Positions 20,031 to 31,088 are shown, numbered from the stretch's first letter. The stretch is 64,000 bases of DNA from Candidatus Bathyarchaeota archaeon (GCA_963806535.1 CAWDYC010000007.1:192001-256000), one strand, 5' to 3'. Notes: a model not told the origin generated them from the letters alone. Translations and numbers: made by a program.

Positions 20031-22452
20031 TCAGTCAAATGGTTTGCGTATAAGGCGAGTTTTTATCTGATCATTAAATAACAGTCCAAAAACAAAGAAC
20101 CATGCCAATGCTAAAGCCACGTACACAGGCGGTATTGGTGATAATCCAGGTATTCCTGTAATTGAGATAATCGACGAAATTAGTATGTCCGCAATTACTG
20201 CAATTAAAAGGGGTCGGCTCGGTTTTGACTCCCAGAAATTGCCCCTTTCCCGCACAACAAAAATTGTGAATAACCCGCCGAAAAGTAACATGTCAAACGA
20301 GAAAGTATTCAATGCTGCACTATTTGATAGCCCCAAGTAGTTAAGTCCCAAATAAAGCAGACCCAAAGACTCAATGACGCTTGCAACTCCTAGTATTGCT
20401 GCTCCTTTAACAAGAGGCGTAATATTCCATGTTTCAGGTTTTTCCGATGGACGTACATTATCTGTTGAAAGCGAGATAGTGACAAAGTCCACCAAGAAAA
20501 GCAATAGAACCACTTGGAAGGCACCTACAACGAACAATCCGGTTAGTAGAAATGCAACGATAACAAACAAGACTACCTGGAAAGTTTTTACAATCTTATT
20601 AAAAATCCAAGTCAATATCCGCTGATAAATCATTCTGCCAGTAACAACTAAATTTACCACGTTGGACAAGCCTTCTTCAGTTAAAACAACACTGGCTGAA
20701 CCCTTCGCCACATCAGTAGCATTACTTACGGCTATTCCAACCTCAGCCTGCTTTAACGCGGCAGCGTCGTTTATTCCGTCGCCAGTCATTCCAACAACAT
20801 GCTTTTCCGCCTGCAACCCTTTGACAATCCGGTACTTGCCTTCTGGATAAATTTCAGCAAAACCGTCGCTTTTATCAACGACTTCAGCTGCAACAATAGC
20901 ATCCTGGCTTCTAGTGTTCTCAACATCAGCCATGCGCGTAACTTTATCGCCTAAACCCACTTCTTGCGCTATCTGCTTTGCAATAGGCAGCGAATCACCG
21001 GTCAGCATTTTAACCGAAATTCCCAGAGATCGAAGCTTAGCAATCAGTTTTGCAGAATCCTTCCGTGGTTTATCATAAAGCCCCACTAAACCAACTATCT
21101 CCATTGCAGACGCTTCTTTGCCAATTGCCACAGCTATAACCCTGTAGCCTTTATTAGCCAAAACATCGACTTTCTGCTCAATGGTTTCTTTTTCATCTTC
21201 TTTGGTGCAGCAGGCCTGCACTACTGCTGAAACAGCACCTTTTATAACTCTAAATGTTTCACCTTTCTTCTCAACTATCGCTTCCGTTTTGCGCGTGGAA
21301 GGGTCAAAGGGGATAAATTTCTTCTGCTCATATTCGTCTGACTTTAATTTCTTATCTTCAAGGGCACCAAAGAATGCTAGATCAATTGGATCCTGATTCG
21401 CTTTTTGGGAAGCTAAAGCGCCAAATATGAGAGCATCATCTTTCGTGTAACTATTCATCTCTACAATGTCGGCTATTGACAGCTTATTTTCAGTAATAGT
21501 TCCAGTTTTATCAGCGCACAACACATCCATAAGCGCAGCATCTTCAGACGCACTAAGCCTAGTAACTAAAACGCCCTTTCGTGCGAGTTCAAAGGAGCCC
21601 AAAGCCATAGTAATCGTAAACATGGTTGGCAAAGCTACTGGAATTGCAGACACAAGCAAGACCAGCGCCAGGGACACTACATCTAAGAGGTTTACTCCTC
21701 GAACCCAAGAAACAACAGCGGTAATAACAAGCAAGGAAACAACCAAAACAAGAAGCCACTTCATGAGGCTGGAAATAACCTCTTCCATATGCAGCTTAGG
21801 CTTGGCCAACTGAACAAGCTGTGTCGTCTTGCCAAAATACGTGTGAACACCCGTGGCAGTAACAACACCTGTAACCTCACCCTTTCTAACAAGCGACCCA
21901 GAGTAAACAACATCACCAGTCTTTTTGTCAATAGGAAGGGATTCGCCGGTTATGGCTGACTGATCAACTGTTGCTTCAGAATCAACTATCTTAAAATCCG
22001 CAGGAACAAAGTCACCTAATCTAACCCTGATGACATCGCCAGGTACAACTTCAGCAGCATTTAATGTCTGCCACAGTCCATCCCGTAAGACACGCGTCTT
22101 TAGCTGCAGTTTCTGCTTGAGGGCTCCAACAGCTCGTGTAGCTTGCCGTTCTTGGATAAATCCTAAAATGGCGTTTACAAGCAGCAAGGCTGTTATTATG
22201 TAGAGGTCCAAGTATTTGCCTAAAACTAAAGACAGCACAATGGCTACTTCAAGCATCCAGGCCGTTAAGCCCCAGAACTTCTTTGCAAAAGTTATTGCCG
22301 AATTTGCCTGTTTCTCCGCTACTTCATTGCGCCCATATTGTTTTTGCCTTTCTTTGACCCTGATCAGAACTTAAGCCATTTGCAACATCAACATTTAAGG
22401 CATCATCTGCTTGTTTCTTCGATTTATCGGCATCTGATCCTTTTGCGGTCAT
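20031..22452 (-). CDS. P-type IIIA proton-efflux ATPase; frameshift near 22360
   Basis: YGRNEV..KKFWGLTAWMLE, TGES, IPVALP, DKTGT, FDP, KGA, MLTGD, TGDGIND. Confidence 0.9.
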
Positions 22453-22509
22453 TTTTTTGATCTATCCAGTTAAATGAAAGATAAACAAACTTTGGATCAG
22501 CTGCATACC

Positions 22510-23095
22510 CTACAATTGAACTGTCCGCTTGCAAACTAATTCATAATGGTATGGTCCTGCATCCGTCTGTTTTACAACAGTAAAGCCGCTCTCTGAAAGG
22601 ATCCGCTTAGCCTCATCTTCGGATAGGCGACTTTTTAGTGGTGGTCCATGTTCTGTTTTAATTTTTTTCCAGTCTACATCAATGATGTATGCTGTGAGTT
22701 TAGATATGCGTTTAACTTCTTGAAAGAAAGTTTTCCTGTCATCTACTTCGTGAAGAACGTTCGCGAAAAGGACAAGGTCGACAGATTCTTTAGGAATCCC
22801 AGTATGACACACATCGCTATTGACAATTTTAATTACTTTTGGATTCACTCCCGACTTGGCAATGTTTTCCTTCAAGCTGTCCAGCATATTCTGATCACTA
22901 TCAACAGCATACACGAGACCTTTTTCTCCAGTTATCTGAGCCATTGGTATAGTAAAGAAGCCCAGGTCCTGAGCCTAGGTCAGCCATCGTCATTCCTTTT
23001 GTGGCATCTGCGCATTTTAAAATGGTTTCAGGATTATGCCATTGCTTTCTTTCTTCGGACATTAAGAACTTGGCACGGTCGGTATGATTTTCCAT
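22510..23095 (-). CDS. Class I SAM-dependent methyltransferase; one frameshift
   Basis: MADLGSGPG, then VYAVDSD, ANVLHE, VDWKK..HGPP. Confidence 0.85.
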
Positions 23096-23291
23096 TGCTA
23101 ACTCCTCATTTGCTTATGCGAAAATCAATTCCAGTATTAATGTGCGCTGGTTCAAAAATTCTTTAGCAAGGGAAAGCAAATAAAGAAGGCATTGTTAAGC
23201 ATGTTTTCTCTTCGCAACTTCATTTCACCAAGCATGTAAAAGAAGCTTGGTTTGCATTAAAAAAATGAAATTGTATCCTGGTTGTTGAAAA

Positions 23292-23486
23292 TCAGTTACT
23301 TTTTAACTTTATAGCATTAGCTGGACATTTTGCTATGCAATCGCCACATCCATGACAAAACTTTGGCTCAACAAAGTTTGGGTCGTTATTGTCGATGCGG
23401 AAAATTGCTTTAGCATGACATGCCTTTGCTGCCTGACACTCAATACATCGTAAGCATCTGTTTGGTTCAATGAAGGCCTTATGCAT
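23292..23486 (-). CDS. Small [4Fe-4S] ferredoxin-like protein
   Basis: CLRCIECQAAKAC and CHGCGDCIAKCP. Confidence 0.85.
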   Translation of the reverse strand: MHKAFIEPNRCLRCIECQAAKACHAKAIFRIDNNDPNFVEPKFCHGCGDCIAKCPANAIKLKSN

Positions 23487-23613
23487 AGCCCTCACTTGGA
23501 AGGTTTCCACAACGCCTTATTGCGATTTACGACCCGACTGACTACAGCAAACGCCGAAATTCCTAGTAAGCTAACAAGCAACAAAAGCTTAATCACGTTA
23601 AACTCCCCCGAGG

Positions 23614-24093
23614 CTATACTACCTCTTTTGGGTTTTTTGGTTTTCTTGGTCGCCATGTTAAAGCACTATAGATCGTAAACACTAAGAGAGCCACAAACAC
23701 TGCTGCTTTGATGGCCGTGAAATCTACGATGGCTGAGTAGAGTGCGAATGCTGCGGGGAATCCTCCGATGTATAGTGTGAAAAATATTGCTGTGGGCAGT
23801 TTGTAGTTGTATTTGTAGTCTTTAAAGATGCGTCTGCCAAAGTACAAGGCTGCCAAGCGCCCCATGCCATGAGTGCATTTTATGCAATTGTAGCATGGAC
23901 GTAGGCAACCCAGAAGGTGAAGTACACCATAAATCAAGATAAGTGTTAGGATAAAAAACACAATACCTGTTGTGAAATCATATAGCAGAAAAGCCACTGA
24001 ATCAAGAACAATCCATAGGAAAAGCGCTAGGTTACCAAAGAGAACTAGTTTTTCTGGGAAGAAAATTGGGCGACCGTTTTTTGGTTCTGTCAT
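23614..24093 (-). CDS. Membrane protein with a Cys cluster
   Basis: Four TM helices; CLRPCYNCIKCTHG. Confidence 0.7.
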   Translation of the reverse strand: MTEPKNGRPIFFPEKLVLFGNLALFLWIVLDSVAFLLYDFTTGIVFFILTLILIYGVLHLLGCLRPCYNCIKCTHGMGRLAALYFGRRIFKDYKYNYKLPTAIFFTLYIGGFPAAFALYSAIVDFTAIKAAVFVALLVFTIYSALTWRPRKPKNPKEVV

Positions 24094-24261
24094 GACAGCC
24101 TCTTCCAAGTGATTGACATATAAGGTTTTTTTAGCACAACAAATTCGCGCGCGTGCAATAAGCTGTTCCAGCGGATAGCCAGGAGGTTGCCGCCAGCAAA
24201 CCGTGATTTTACCGCTTCTATTTTTTCTTCAACACTCGTCATGTGCTATCCTCTGTGGCTG

Positions 24262-24672
24262 CTATCCCAGATACCGTTTGATCATCGCTTCGATATGCGC
24301 TTTGGGGTAAGCGCCAACTAATCTCTCAACTTCTTTGCCATGATTGAAGATGATTATAGTTGGAATGCTCATTATTCCAAAGCTGCTCGGCACTACTTGA
24401 TTCTCGTCAACGTTCATTTTTCCAAACGCTGCTTTACCGGTATATTCAGCTGATAGTGCCTCAATTATGGGTCCTACCATTCGGCATGGGCCACACCAAG
24501 GAGCCCAAAAGTCCACCACCAGTAATTCATTTGCTGAGACTGCTCCTGAAAAGTTGCTATCAGTCAGAATTATTGGCGGTTTTGCAACTGGTGTTTGACC
24601 TTTTTTGGCGGCGTCTAGCATTGCTTGAATTTTTCTGAGTCTTATTTGTTCTAATTCATTTTCCTGATACAT
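24262..24672 (-). CDS. trxA: Thioredoxin
   Basis: DFWAPWCGPC, SIPT. Confidence 0.93.
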   Translation of the reverse strand: MYQENELEQIRLRKIQAMLDAAKKGQTPVAKPPIILTDSNFSGAVSANELLVVDFWAPWCGPCRMVGPIIEALSAEYTGKAAFGKMNVDENQVVPSSFGIMSIPTIIIFNHGKEVERLVGAYPKAHIEAMIKRYLG

Positions 24673-24706
24673 GCATTAAATACCTCATTTTCTTCGCGAT
24701 CGGATT

Positions 24707-24814
24707 TTAAGCTTGTTTTTGAGCGTTTAACCTTGCTACCCAGACCTTGCAGGTTGGAGAGTGGTCACATAGCTCTTCGGGAATACCGCGTGGACATTCA
24801 ATTTTTTTCTGCAT
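24707..24814 (-). CDS. Putative 35-aa Cys/His small protein (below the ORF track cutoff)
   Basis: MQKKIECPRGIPEELCDHSPTCKVWVARLNAQKQA, directly upstream of trxA on the same strand. Confidence 0.4.
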   Translation of the reverse strand: MQKKIECPRGIPEELCDHSPTCKVWVARLNAQKQA

Positions 24815-24922
24815 CACTATACTTCCTATGCTGTACCATTGCATCTCGCTTCCAAATATATCTTACGGTATTGTCAATACCAAACAATACCATTTATATG
24901 TAAGATTTGATAATCACTTCTT

Positions 24923-25306
24923 ATGGAAAGCATTAACCTACTAACAAAAAAGGGCGCCTCCTGCACCGACTTACTTACATGCCTATACAACCTAAAACCC
25001 TCAGACCTTGAAGTCCTCCTTGCGCTGGCAAAAAATGAAAACGCTACGCTTGACCAAATCGCAAAAATAGTGCAGAAGGATCGAAGCTCAGTACACCGCT
25101 GCCTTTCTAAGCTTGTAAGCATAAATTTAGTAAACAGGCAGTCAAAATCTCTCAAAGGCGGCGGATACTACCACACTTACGCTATGCTTGACCCAGCAAC
25201 AATTAAGAAGCATGCACTCGAGCGAGTAAAAGAAATCACTGAAAGCCTTGAAGCACTTGTAGACAGCTTCGAATCAGATCTCCAAAAACACTTAAAACAA
25301 GCGTAA
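24923..25306 (+). CDS. TrmB-like wHTH regulator with an N-terminal Cys pair
   Basis: SCTDLLTCLYNL, KDRSSVHRCLSKL, GGGYYHTY. Confidence 0.85.
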   Translation: MESINLLTKKGASCTDLLTCLYNLKPSDLEVLLALAKNENATLDQIAKIVQKDRSSVHRCLSKLVSINLVNRQSKSLKGGGYYHTYAMLDPATIKKHALERVKEITESLEALVDSFESDLQKHLKQA

Positions 25307-25359
25307 AAAACATAAGTCAAGGAAAAGAAAATAAAGAAAGAACATAACGGTGAGAGCAA

Positions 25360-25740
25360 ATGGAATGTGAACGCTGCAAATCATCTATAAATGAAGGAGA
25401 ATCCTATGACCTCAACGGACAAGTTTTATGCGAAGATTGCTACATGTATGAAACTAACCCTCCAAAAGCTTGTGACCCCATGGCTGTGTCATCAGCCTTA
25501 TCTGTGCGAAAGCAATTAGGCCAATCAGGAAGTTCAGGCTTAACTGAGTTACAGCAAAAAATCTACAACACCATAGAGAAATACGGCAAAATTACAAAAG
25601 AAGACTTGATCAAGACCCTAAACATCAAACCAGAGCAGTTAGAGCAAGAATTTGCTTTCTTTAGGCATTGCGAACTACTCCGAGCCTTTAGAGAAGACGG
25701 CAAAATTTACTTTACAAAATGGGAAACAAAAAGCGCTTGA
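25360..25740 (+). CDS. Zn-finger plus wHTH hypothetical protein
   Basis: CERC...LCEDC, KACDPMAV, RHCELLR. Confidence 0.75.
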   Translation: MECERCKSSINEGESYDLNGQVLCEDCYMYETNPPKACDPMAVSSALSVRKQLGQSGSSGLTELQQKIYNTIEKYGKITKEDLIKTLNIKPEQLEQEFAFFRHCELLRAFREDGKIYFTKWETKSA

Positions 25741-25796
25741 AATTTTAGCACTTAGAAAAAGGCTCGCAACTATCTAACCAATGCAATCAAGATGAT

Positions 25797-26153
25797 CTAA
25801 CGTGATAACTTCAATTCCGAAATTCTTTTTTGGACTATGTCCGCCAACTTTTCTTGGAGGCTTTCTTCTGGAATTTTCTTGTCTAATTTGTCAATTATTC
25901 GGGCGAGTTCCTCATCGCCGACTGTAGTTCTTAACCACTTCTGGAAGTCACCGCGGTCAAAGTGAAATTTGATCGATTGTGTATCAATGCTTCCCATGTC
26001 TCTTAAGAATGAGCAAAGGGACAATGCTGTTTCACCGGTATAATGGCCATCTGGCATGAAAAAATGGAAGCCTTGAGCATAAGGAACTGGCCTCAGAATT
26101 TTCTGAGCCGCTTCTGCATTGCAACTATTTTGAGTGTTATCCAAATTGACCAC
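25797..26153 (-). CDS. DUF5752-family protein
   Basis: GFHF...YTGETA.SL, SIKFH..RGDFQKWL..VGD.ELA. Confidence 0.75.
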   Translation of the reverse strand: MVNLDNTQNSCNAEAAQKILRPVPYAQGFHFFMPDGHYTGETALSLCSFLRDMGSIDTQSIKFHFDRGDFQKWLRTTVGDEELARIIDKLDKKIPEESLQEKLADIVQKRISELKLSR

Positions 26154-26161
26154 CCACAGAA

Positions 26162-26698
26162 TTAGAGCAGCTTACCTATGCGCCTTGAGTCATCTTTTAC
26201 GACTTGCAATTGTTCAGCAGTGGGTTTTCCTCTGACATCGCCTAATCTACCCAAAGTGCTATGTTCAAGTGAGCCGTGGAATTCGCTTAAAACGTACCAT
26301 TCATCGATAACATTGAAACCTATGTGCTCAAAATATTGTCGTATATCTTTGCCAACTGGAGTTGCCTCGTCAATTCCTGTATGTGGTCCAGAGTAAGTTA
26401 CGAAGACTATCGCGTTTTTCCCTGGAACTTTTGGAGCTGAAGGCTTGATTTTACCATTTTGTCGATATTCAGCGAATTTTTTCTTAAGAAAGTTTGTCAC
26501 TGGTTCAGGAGGATGCCAAGAGTACGACGGACAACCTACGCAAACTAAATCATAGTCAAAATAATCAAGCGCTTCTGCTTCCTCAGGCTTCTTAATTGTT
26601 ACTTGAATGCTCGCTTCTTCTAAGCCCTGTTTGATTGCATTAGCCACTTTTTCAGTGTTACCTGTCTTAGACCAGTAAATTACCAGAGCAGTCTTCAT
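26162..26698 (-). CDS. Flavodoxin-family protein
   Basis: IYWSKTGNTEKVA, GCPSY. Confidence 0.88.
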   Translation of the reverse strand: MKTALVIYWSKTGNTEKVANAIKQGLEEASIQVTIKKPEEAEALDYFDYDLVCVGCPSYSWHPPEPVTNFLKKKFAEYRQNGKIKPSAPKVPGKNAIVFVTYSGPHTGIDEATPVGKDIRQYFEHIGFNVIDEWYVLSEFHGSLEHSTLGRLGDVRGKPTAEQLQVVKDDSRRIGKLL

Positions 26699-26716
26699 TT
26701 GTAGGTCCTTAGGCGT

Positions 26717-27145
26717 CTATTCCGTTTTTCCTTCAAATTCAACCTTGACTGGCGTTGGTTCTTTAAAGATAAACAACACAGGACAATTTGCTTCGGTTCT
26801 TCTCCAAGCAGCCTCTAGCAGTTCTTTCCTTGCATCAGAGGAAGCATTGACTTTCATAGTAACACCGCTTATAATCGGTGAATCCGGCGATTTGTCAGCT
26901 TCAGCAGTAACTTCAACCATCTTGAGTTTAATGTTACTTTTCTTGCAAACGTCAGCAAAGATTGTCACGCCGCAGTCAGCTAACGCCATCAAGCTTAGTT
27001 CAAGTGCTGTTGGACCACAGTCTGTTCCTCCTGCAGCAGTCGAAAGGTCACATTCAATGCTGTGGTTTCTTTGATTGTCGACCTTAGAACGAACGTTTTC
27101 AATCCATATTGCTTTGGCCTTAATTTTGGGCATAATTTTCACCAT
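26717..27145 (-). CDS. OsmC-family protein
   Basis: GGTDCGPT..L..LADC...NCPV. Confidence 0.88.
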   Translation of the reverse strand: MVKIMPKIKAKAIWIENVRSKVDNQRNHSIECDLSTAAGGTDCGPTALELSLMALADCGVTIFADVCKKSNIKLKMVEVTAEADKSPDSPIISGVTMKVNASSDARKELLEAAWRRTEANCPVLFIFKEPTPVKVEFEGKTE

Positions 27146-27148
27146 TTA

Positions 27149-27194
27149 GTTTGGGTACTAAACAATATTAATATCTTGCGTTTACAAAATAAAC
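27149..27194. promoter_or_regulatory. 46-bp double-palindrome element, copy A (upstream of osmC)
   Basis: GTTTGGGTACTAAAC-AATATTAATATCTTGC-GTTTACAAAATAAAC. Confidence 0.8.
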
Positions 27195-27372
27195 GAAATA
27201 AAACAGGAGATAATCTAAATGTTGCGCTTATAAACCTTGACGAAAATAAAATTTGTAATCTATTATTAAGCTTAGGCAAATGATCTGAAAATAAGCGCAA
27301 GTATTGACTCCACTAGAATAAAACAAATAATAAACGGTTATTCAGTTTTATCCTTCTCGACGGTTTAGGATT

Positions 27373-27510
27373 ATTTGTCCTTGCCATGATTGGAGTTTTA
27401 ATTTAGAAACTGGCGAATATGAGGATGCGCCGTTAATGAAGCTGGTAAGTTACGAGTGGAAAATTAAGGCAGGCAAAATCTGGGTAAAGTTTGAGGATGA
27501 GGATCAATGA
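27373..27510 (+). pseudogene. 3' relic of a Rieske-type ferredoxin
   Basis: ICPCHDWSFNLETGEY...KLVSYEWKIKAGKIWVKF. The first CxH motif and the start are absent. Confidence 0.7.
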
Positions 27511-27645
27511 GTGATGTTTTAAACAAAGTGTTTACTGAAAGTTAGGATTTAATTTTAAGGCAATGAATTTTACATATTTTTCTCTATTAGATAAATACCT
27601 AAATTACAGTGCAATCTTGTAAAAGAAGAAAGAAGGATCACCTGA

Positions 27646-28146
27646 TTGAATAGCATAACATACAATCCTATCGGGATAGTGCACTCCCCTTTTAAGGAAC
27701 CAAAGGGCGTGCCTATTCAGACAACCGCATCAAAGGGCATTAGAGGGACAATAGAAGTAAACCCAGAATATACTGAAGGTTTAAAGGACATAGAAGGCTT
27801 CTCACACCTTTTTCTTCTTTACCATTTCAGTTTGGTTAAGAGATCGTCTTTGACTGTCAAACCATTTCTAGATGATAAACTCCATGGAGTGTTCGCTACC
27901 CGCTCACCATCTAGACCCAATGCAATCGGCCTATCCATAGTCCGCCTAACAAGAATCGAAAACAATATTCTATACATCCAAGATGTGGACATCGTAGACG
28001 ATACCCCACTGTTGGACATTAAACCTTACGTTCCCAAGTTTGATTACCGAAAAACAAGTAAAATAGGCTGGTTTAGAGGCAAACTTGACAAACTCGTAGA
28101 GGCAAAAGATGACGGCAGATTCTGCAGCACGAATAATCGAGACTGA
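27646..28146 (+). CDS. tsaA: TrmO/TsaA-family SAM-binding protein
   Basis: IGIVHSPF, EGFSH, GVFATRSPSRPNAIG, TPLLDIKPY. Confidence 0.88.
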   Translation: MNSITYNPIGIVHSPFKEPKGVPIQTTASKGIRGTIEVNPEYTEGLKDIEGFSHLFLLYHFSLVKRSSLTVKPFLDDKLHGVFATRSPSRPNAIGLSIVRLTRIENNILYIQDVDIVDDTPLLDIKPYVPKFDYRKTSKIGWFRGKLDKLVEAKDDGRFCSTNNRD

Positions 28147-28222
28147 AGCGTCTATTTGTAATAAGCCACAGAGCCAAACTTTTTACCGATATCAAAATGG
28201 TTTTTAATCATAAATATAGCTG

Positions 28223-28417
28223 TCATTTAAGACAGGGATTTTTTTCTTCGCTTTGCAATGCTCTATCCACTATCGTAGAGTACATTTGAGTTACTTGTTT
28301 TCGTTTTATGCACTGTCTTAATAATTTTTGAGCGGTCTCACTCCAGTCTACTTCAGAGTATTTGCTCATTTCTTTTTCCAATTCATCATCTATAGTTACA
28401 ATCAATTGACGAGTCAA
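28223..28417 (-). CDS. Small ribbon-helix-helix-like protein
   Basis: LIVTIDDELEKEMSKYSEVDWSE pattern. Confidence 0.55.
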   Translation of the reverse strand: MTRQLIVTIDDELEKEMSKYSEVDWSETAQKLLRQCIKRKQVTQMYSTIVDRALQSEEKNPCLK

Positions 28418-28514
28418 ATCATTGCATCTCCAATCCAAATAGGTGAAGACAGCACAAAATTAGTCTTGTGGTAAAGACGAATTATAGAAAAGGCAATTCA
28501 AGAGATCTCGGTAA

Positions 28515-28922
28515 TCATTCGACTTCGTTAGTAATAATCATTATTGAGAAGTTGATTTGTTTAACCGGCTTGTTTGCCTTTAACCCCTCAATTAAGCCTT
28601 TCAAGCGCTTAGCTGGGCCTTTGATTACCATGACCTCAAGACAACTATTTTTTGTCAGATGTGAATGAAGATAAGCTGTTATCATATTTCTAAATTCATG
28701 ATGAAGCGTGGACAATTCTTCGTTCTTATCTCTCCTTTCATAAAGAATCGTGACTGTGGCGATTATGTTACCCTTGAGTTTGCCGAGTTCTTTGTACTCA
28801 ATTAAGTAAGTGCGGATGGCTTGCCTTACCACTTCTGATCGCGCTGCTGATCTCTCTTTGTCAAGAATGGCGTCTAAATCTTTAAGCAAATCATTAGGCA
28901 ATGAAACGCTAATTATGCTCAC
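28515..28922 (-). CDS. nikR: Nickel-responsive regulator
   Basis: ISVSLPNDLL, RSEVVRQAIR, LHHEF, HSHL...CLEV. Confidence 0.88.
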   Translation of the reverse strand: MSIISVSLPNDLLKDLDAILDKERSAARSEVVRQAIRTYLIEYKELGKLKGNIIATVTILYERRDKNEELSTLHHEFRNMITAYLHSHLTKNSCLEVMVIKGPAKRLKGLIEGLKANKPVKQINFSIMIITNEVE

Positions 28923-28926
28923 ATGC

Positions 28927-29814
28927 TCACCAATTTTCACTACTTTCACGCTGCTCAAGAATAGTAGACAGCTTTTTCCACATAGTTATTATTTCGTCCG
29001 CTATGCCGCTTTTAGGAGCATATTCAACTATGGTTTTTCCATTAATCATGGCTTGAGTAACCTCAGCGCTAAAAGGGATAATGCCCAAAACGTCAATTCT
29101 CTTTTCTTTGCAAAAATTCAAAATCTTGTTAGTATTACCCGTGTTTATATCGTACATGTTTATGCAAACAAACGGAACAACATTGAAGTGATCAAGAAGT
29201 GTCAAAACCCTTTCAAGGTCATGGATTCCTGAAAGAGTAGGCTCCGTGACCACTAGTGCTGCATCTACCCCTGTGATTGAAGCAATAACGGAACAGCCAA
29301 TTCCAGGCGAACCGTCGATAATAATCAAATCGCAGTTTTCTTTTTCGGCTAACATTTTGGCGTTTTGCCGAACTATTGTAACGAGTTTTCCAGAATTGGA
29401 TTCACCGGGATTAAGCTTGGCATGTGACATGAAGCCATATTTCGTTTTTGAAATGAAAGCTTTTCCAGAGATTCTAGGAGCCAAAGTTATGGCACCGATT
29501 GGGCAAACAAATTTACAGACACCGCAGCCCTCACAGGCAATAAGGTCAACATCCAAACCATTCGTTATAGCACTAAAATTGCATTTTTCCTTGCATATAC
29601 CACAATGGCTGCATTTTGTTTTGTCAATGACAGCTACCTTTGAACCTATGAAATCCTGCGTTTTAATTATCTCGGGATGGAGAAGTATGTGAAGGTCAGA
29701 CGCGTCTACGTCGCAATCTGTCACAACCGCTTTTTTTGCTAGTACAGCGAAAGAGGCTGTGATCGACGTTTTGCCAGTGCCACCTTTTCCACTTAAAATC
29801 GTTAGCTGCTTCAT
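28927..29814 (-). CDS. MinD-superfamily ATPase with inserted ferredoxin
   Basis: GKGGTGKT, DCDVDA, CSHCGIC/CEGCGVC, SGKLV, PGIGC, VTEPT. Confidence 0.88.
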   Translation of the reverse strand: MKQLTILSGKGGTGKTSITASFAVLAKKAVVTDCDVDASDLHILLHPEIIKTQDFIGSKVAVIDKTKCSHCGICKEKCNFSAITNGLDVDLIACEGCGVCKFVCPIGAITLAPRISGKAFISKTKYGFMSHAKLNPGESNSGKLVTIVRQNAKMLAEKENCDLIIIDGSPGIGCSVIASITGVDAALVVTEPTLSGIHDLERVLTLLDHFNVVPFVCINMYDINTGNTNKILNFCKEKRIDVLGIIPFSAEVTQAMINGKTIVEYAPKSGIADEIITMWKKLSTILEQRESSENW

Positions 29815-30647
29815 TTTTTGATTAACCTCGCTATTTCACTGTGGAGCGCCCTAAACTTCTCGTCCCATTCAGGCATTTCCGTTATGAAGGGGATGCCTCT
29901 TGAATAGAGCTCGGCTATTCTTCTTTGATAAGGAATTTCCATGAGTATGCGGATATTCTCTTTTTTGCAGTAAGCATACACTTTTTTGTCACCTATACCT
30001 GCACGATTGACAATCACACCAATAGGAACCGCAATCTTTCGCAAAACCTCAACAGCTATCTTCAGATCATGCAAACCAAAAGGCGTGGGCTCCGTCACAA
30101 GAATACAAAAATCGCTACCTTTTACGGCCTCAACAAACGGACACGAAGTTCCTGGGGGAGAATCAATAATCACTTCACTTTTTAGATCAATTTGTTTTTT
30201 AACCGCCTTAATAACTGGCACAGCCATGGGCTTGCCGACTTCTAGTTCTCCATACACGAGGTTCAAATCATCAATTGAGCTAAAGTTTAAGGTTCCAATC
30301 TTGTGTTTTTCTTCAGTTATAGCTTTTTTGGGGCAAACTAGTGCGCAGCCACCACAACTGTGGCAGAGCTCAGGGAAAACAAGAAGTTGGTCTTTAAGAG
30401 CGAAGAGCGCGTTGTACTTGCAGAACTTAGCGCATTCGCTACAGTAATCACACAATCCCAACTCTATTCTGGGAACCGTGGTGTAAACGGGTTTTGTCCT
30501 AATCAGATTTGACTGCAAAAACAAATATGCGTTTGGTTCTTCCACGTCGCAATCTAAGAGCTGACAGCGTCCGATAGAAAGCGCCATGTTTACGGCTAGA
30601 GATGTTTTTCCTGTGCCTCCTTTGCCGCTTGCAATCGCCACAATCAT
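29811..30647 (-). CDS. MinD-superfamily ATPase with inserted ferredoxin (partner)
   Basis: GKGGTGKT, DCDVEEPN, CHSCGGC, PPGTSCP, EPTPFGLHDL. Confidence 0.88.
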   Translation of the reverse strand: MIVAIASGKGGTGKTSLAVNMALSIGRCQLLDCDVEEPNAYLFLQSNLIRTKPVYTTVPRIELGLCDYCSECAKFCKYNALFALKDQLLVFPELCHSCGGCALVCPKKAITEEKHKIGTLNFSSIDDLNLVYGELEVGKPMAVPVIKAVKKQIDLKSEVIIDSPPGTSCPFVEAVKGSDFCILVTEPTPFGLHDLKIAVEVLRKIAVPIGVIVNRAGIGDKKVYAYCKKENIRILMEIPYQRRIAELYSRGIPFITEMPEWDEKFRALHSEIARLIKK

Positions 30648-30695
30648 CTCATAATCACCTATTCGTCAAAAAAAGTTCAAGGGGAATTTGATTTT

Positions 30696-31088
30696 TCATG
30701 TTTCAGCAACAGCCTTCTTCAGAGTCTTTATAGCTATTTCAGCGCATTCCTCTTTTGTTTCTGGTAAGCCTCCAAGTGCCTTCAATATGTCATCTTCCGT
30801 AAGCTTCTTCACGGTACTAAGAGAGTGCCCTTTAATTATCAGGGTCAAAGCGGACATTGCAGACGATGAACCAGGGCAACCGTAACAGAGAAATTTGGCG
30901 TCTTTAATGATTTCGCCGTTTAATTTTATGTACAACCGTATTAAGTCACCTGAGTTTCCAAGAAAGACCGCGTTTGCATCGGGGCTTTCAATTACGCCCA
31001 TGTTTACATCGTTTTGATATAACTCAATAGCTCTGTCTGAATAACCTAATTCGATGAGCTGTTTGGCTTCTAATTTTTTGTCAGTCAT
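30696..31088 (-). CDS. IscU/NifU-N-like scaffold protein
   Basis: GDLIRLYIK...DAKF.CYGC, LGGLP..KEECA. The first scaffold Cys is absent. Confidence 0.8.
   Translation of the reverse strand: MTDKKLEAKQLIELGYSDRAIELYQNDVNMGVIESPDANAVFLGNSGDLIRLYIKLNGEIIKDAKFLCYGCPGSSSAMSALTLIIKGHSLSTVKKLTEDDILKALGGLPETKEECAEIAIKTLKKAVAET

Noticed and set aside
22360-22970. Split H+-ATPase and methyltransferase as pseudogenes
   Set aside because: One indel each with all motifs intact; likely the same error type.
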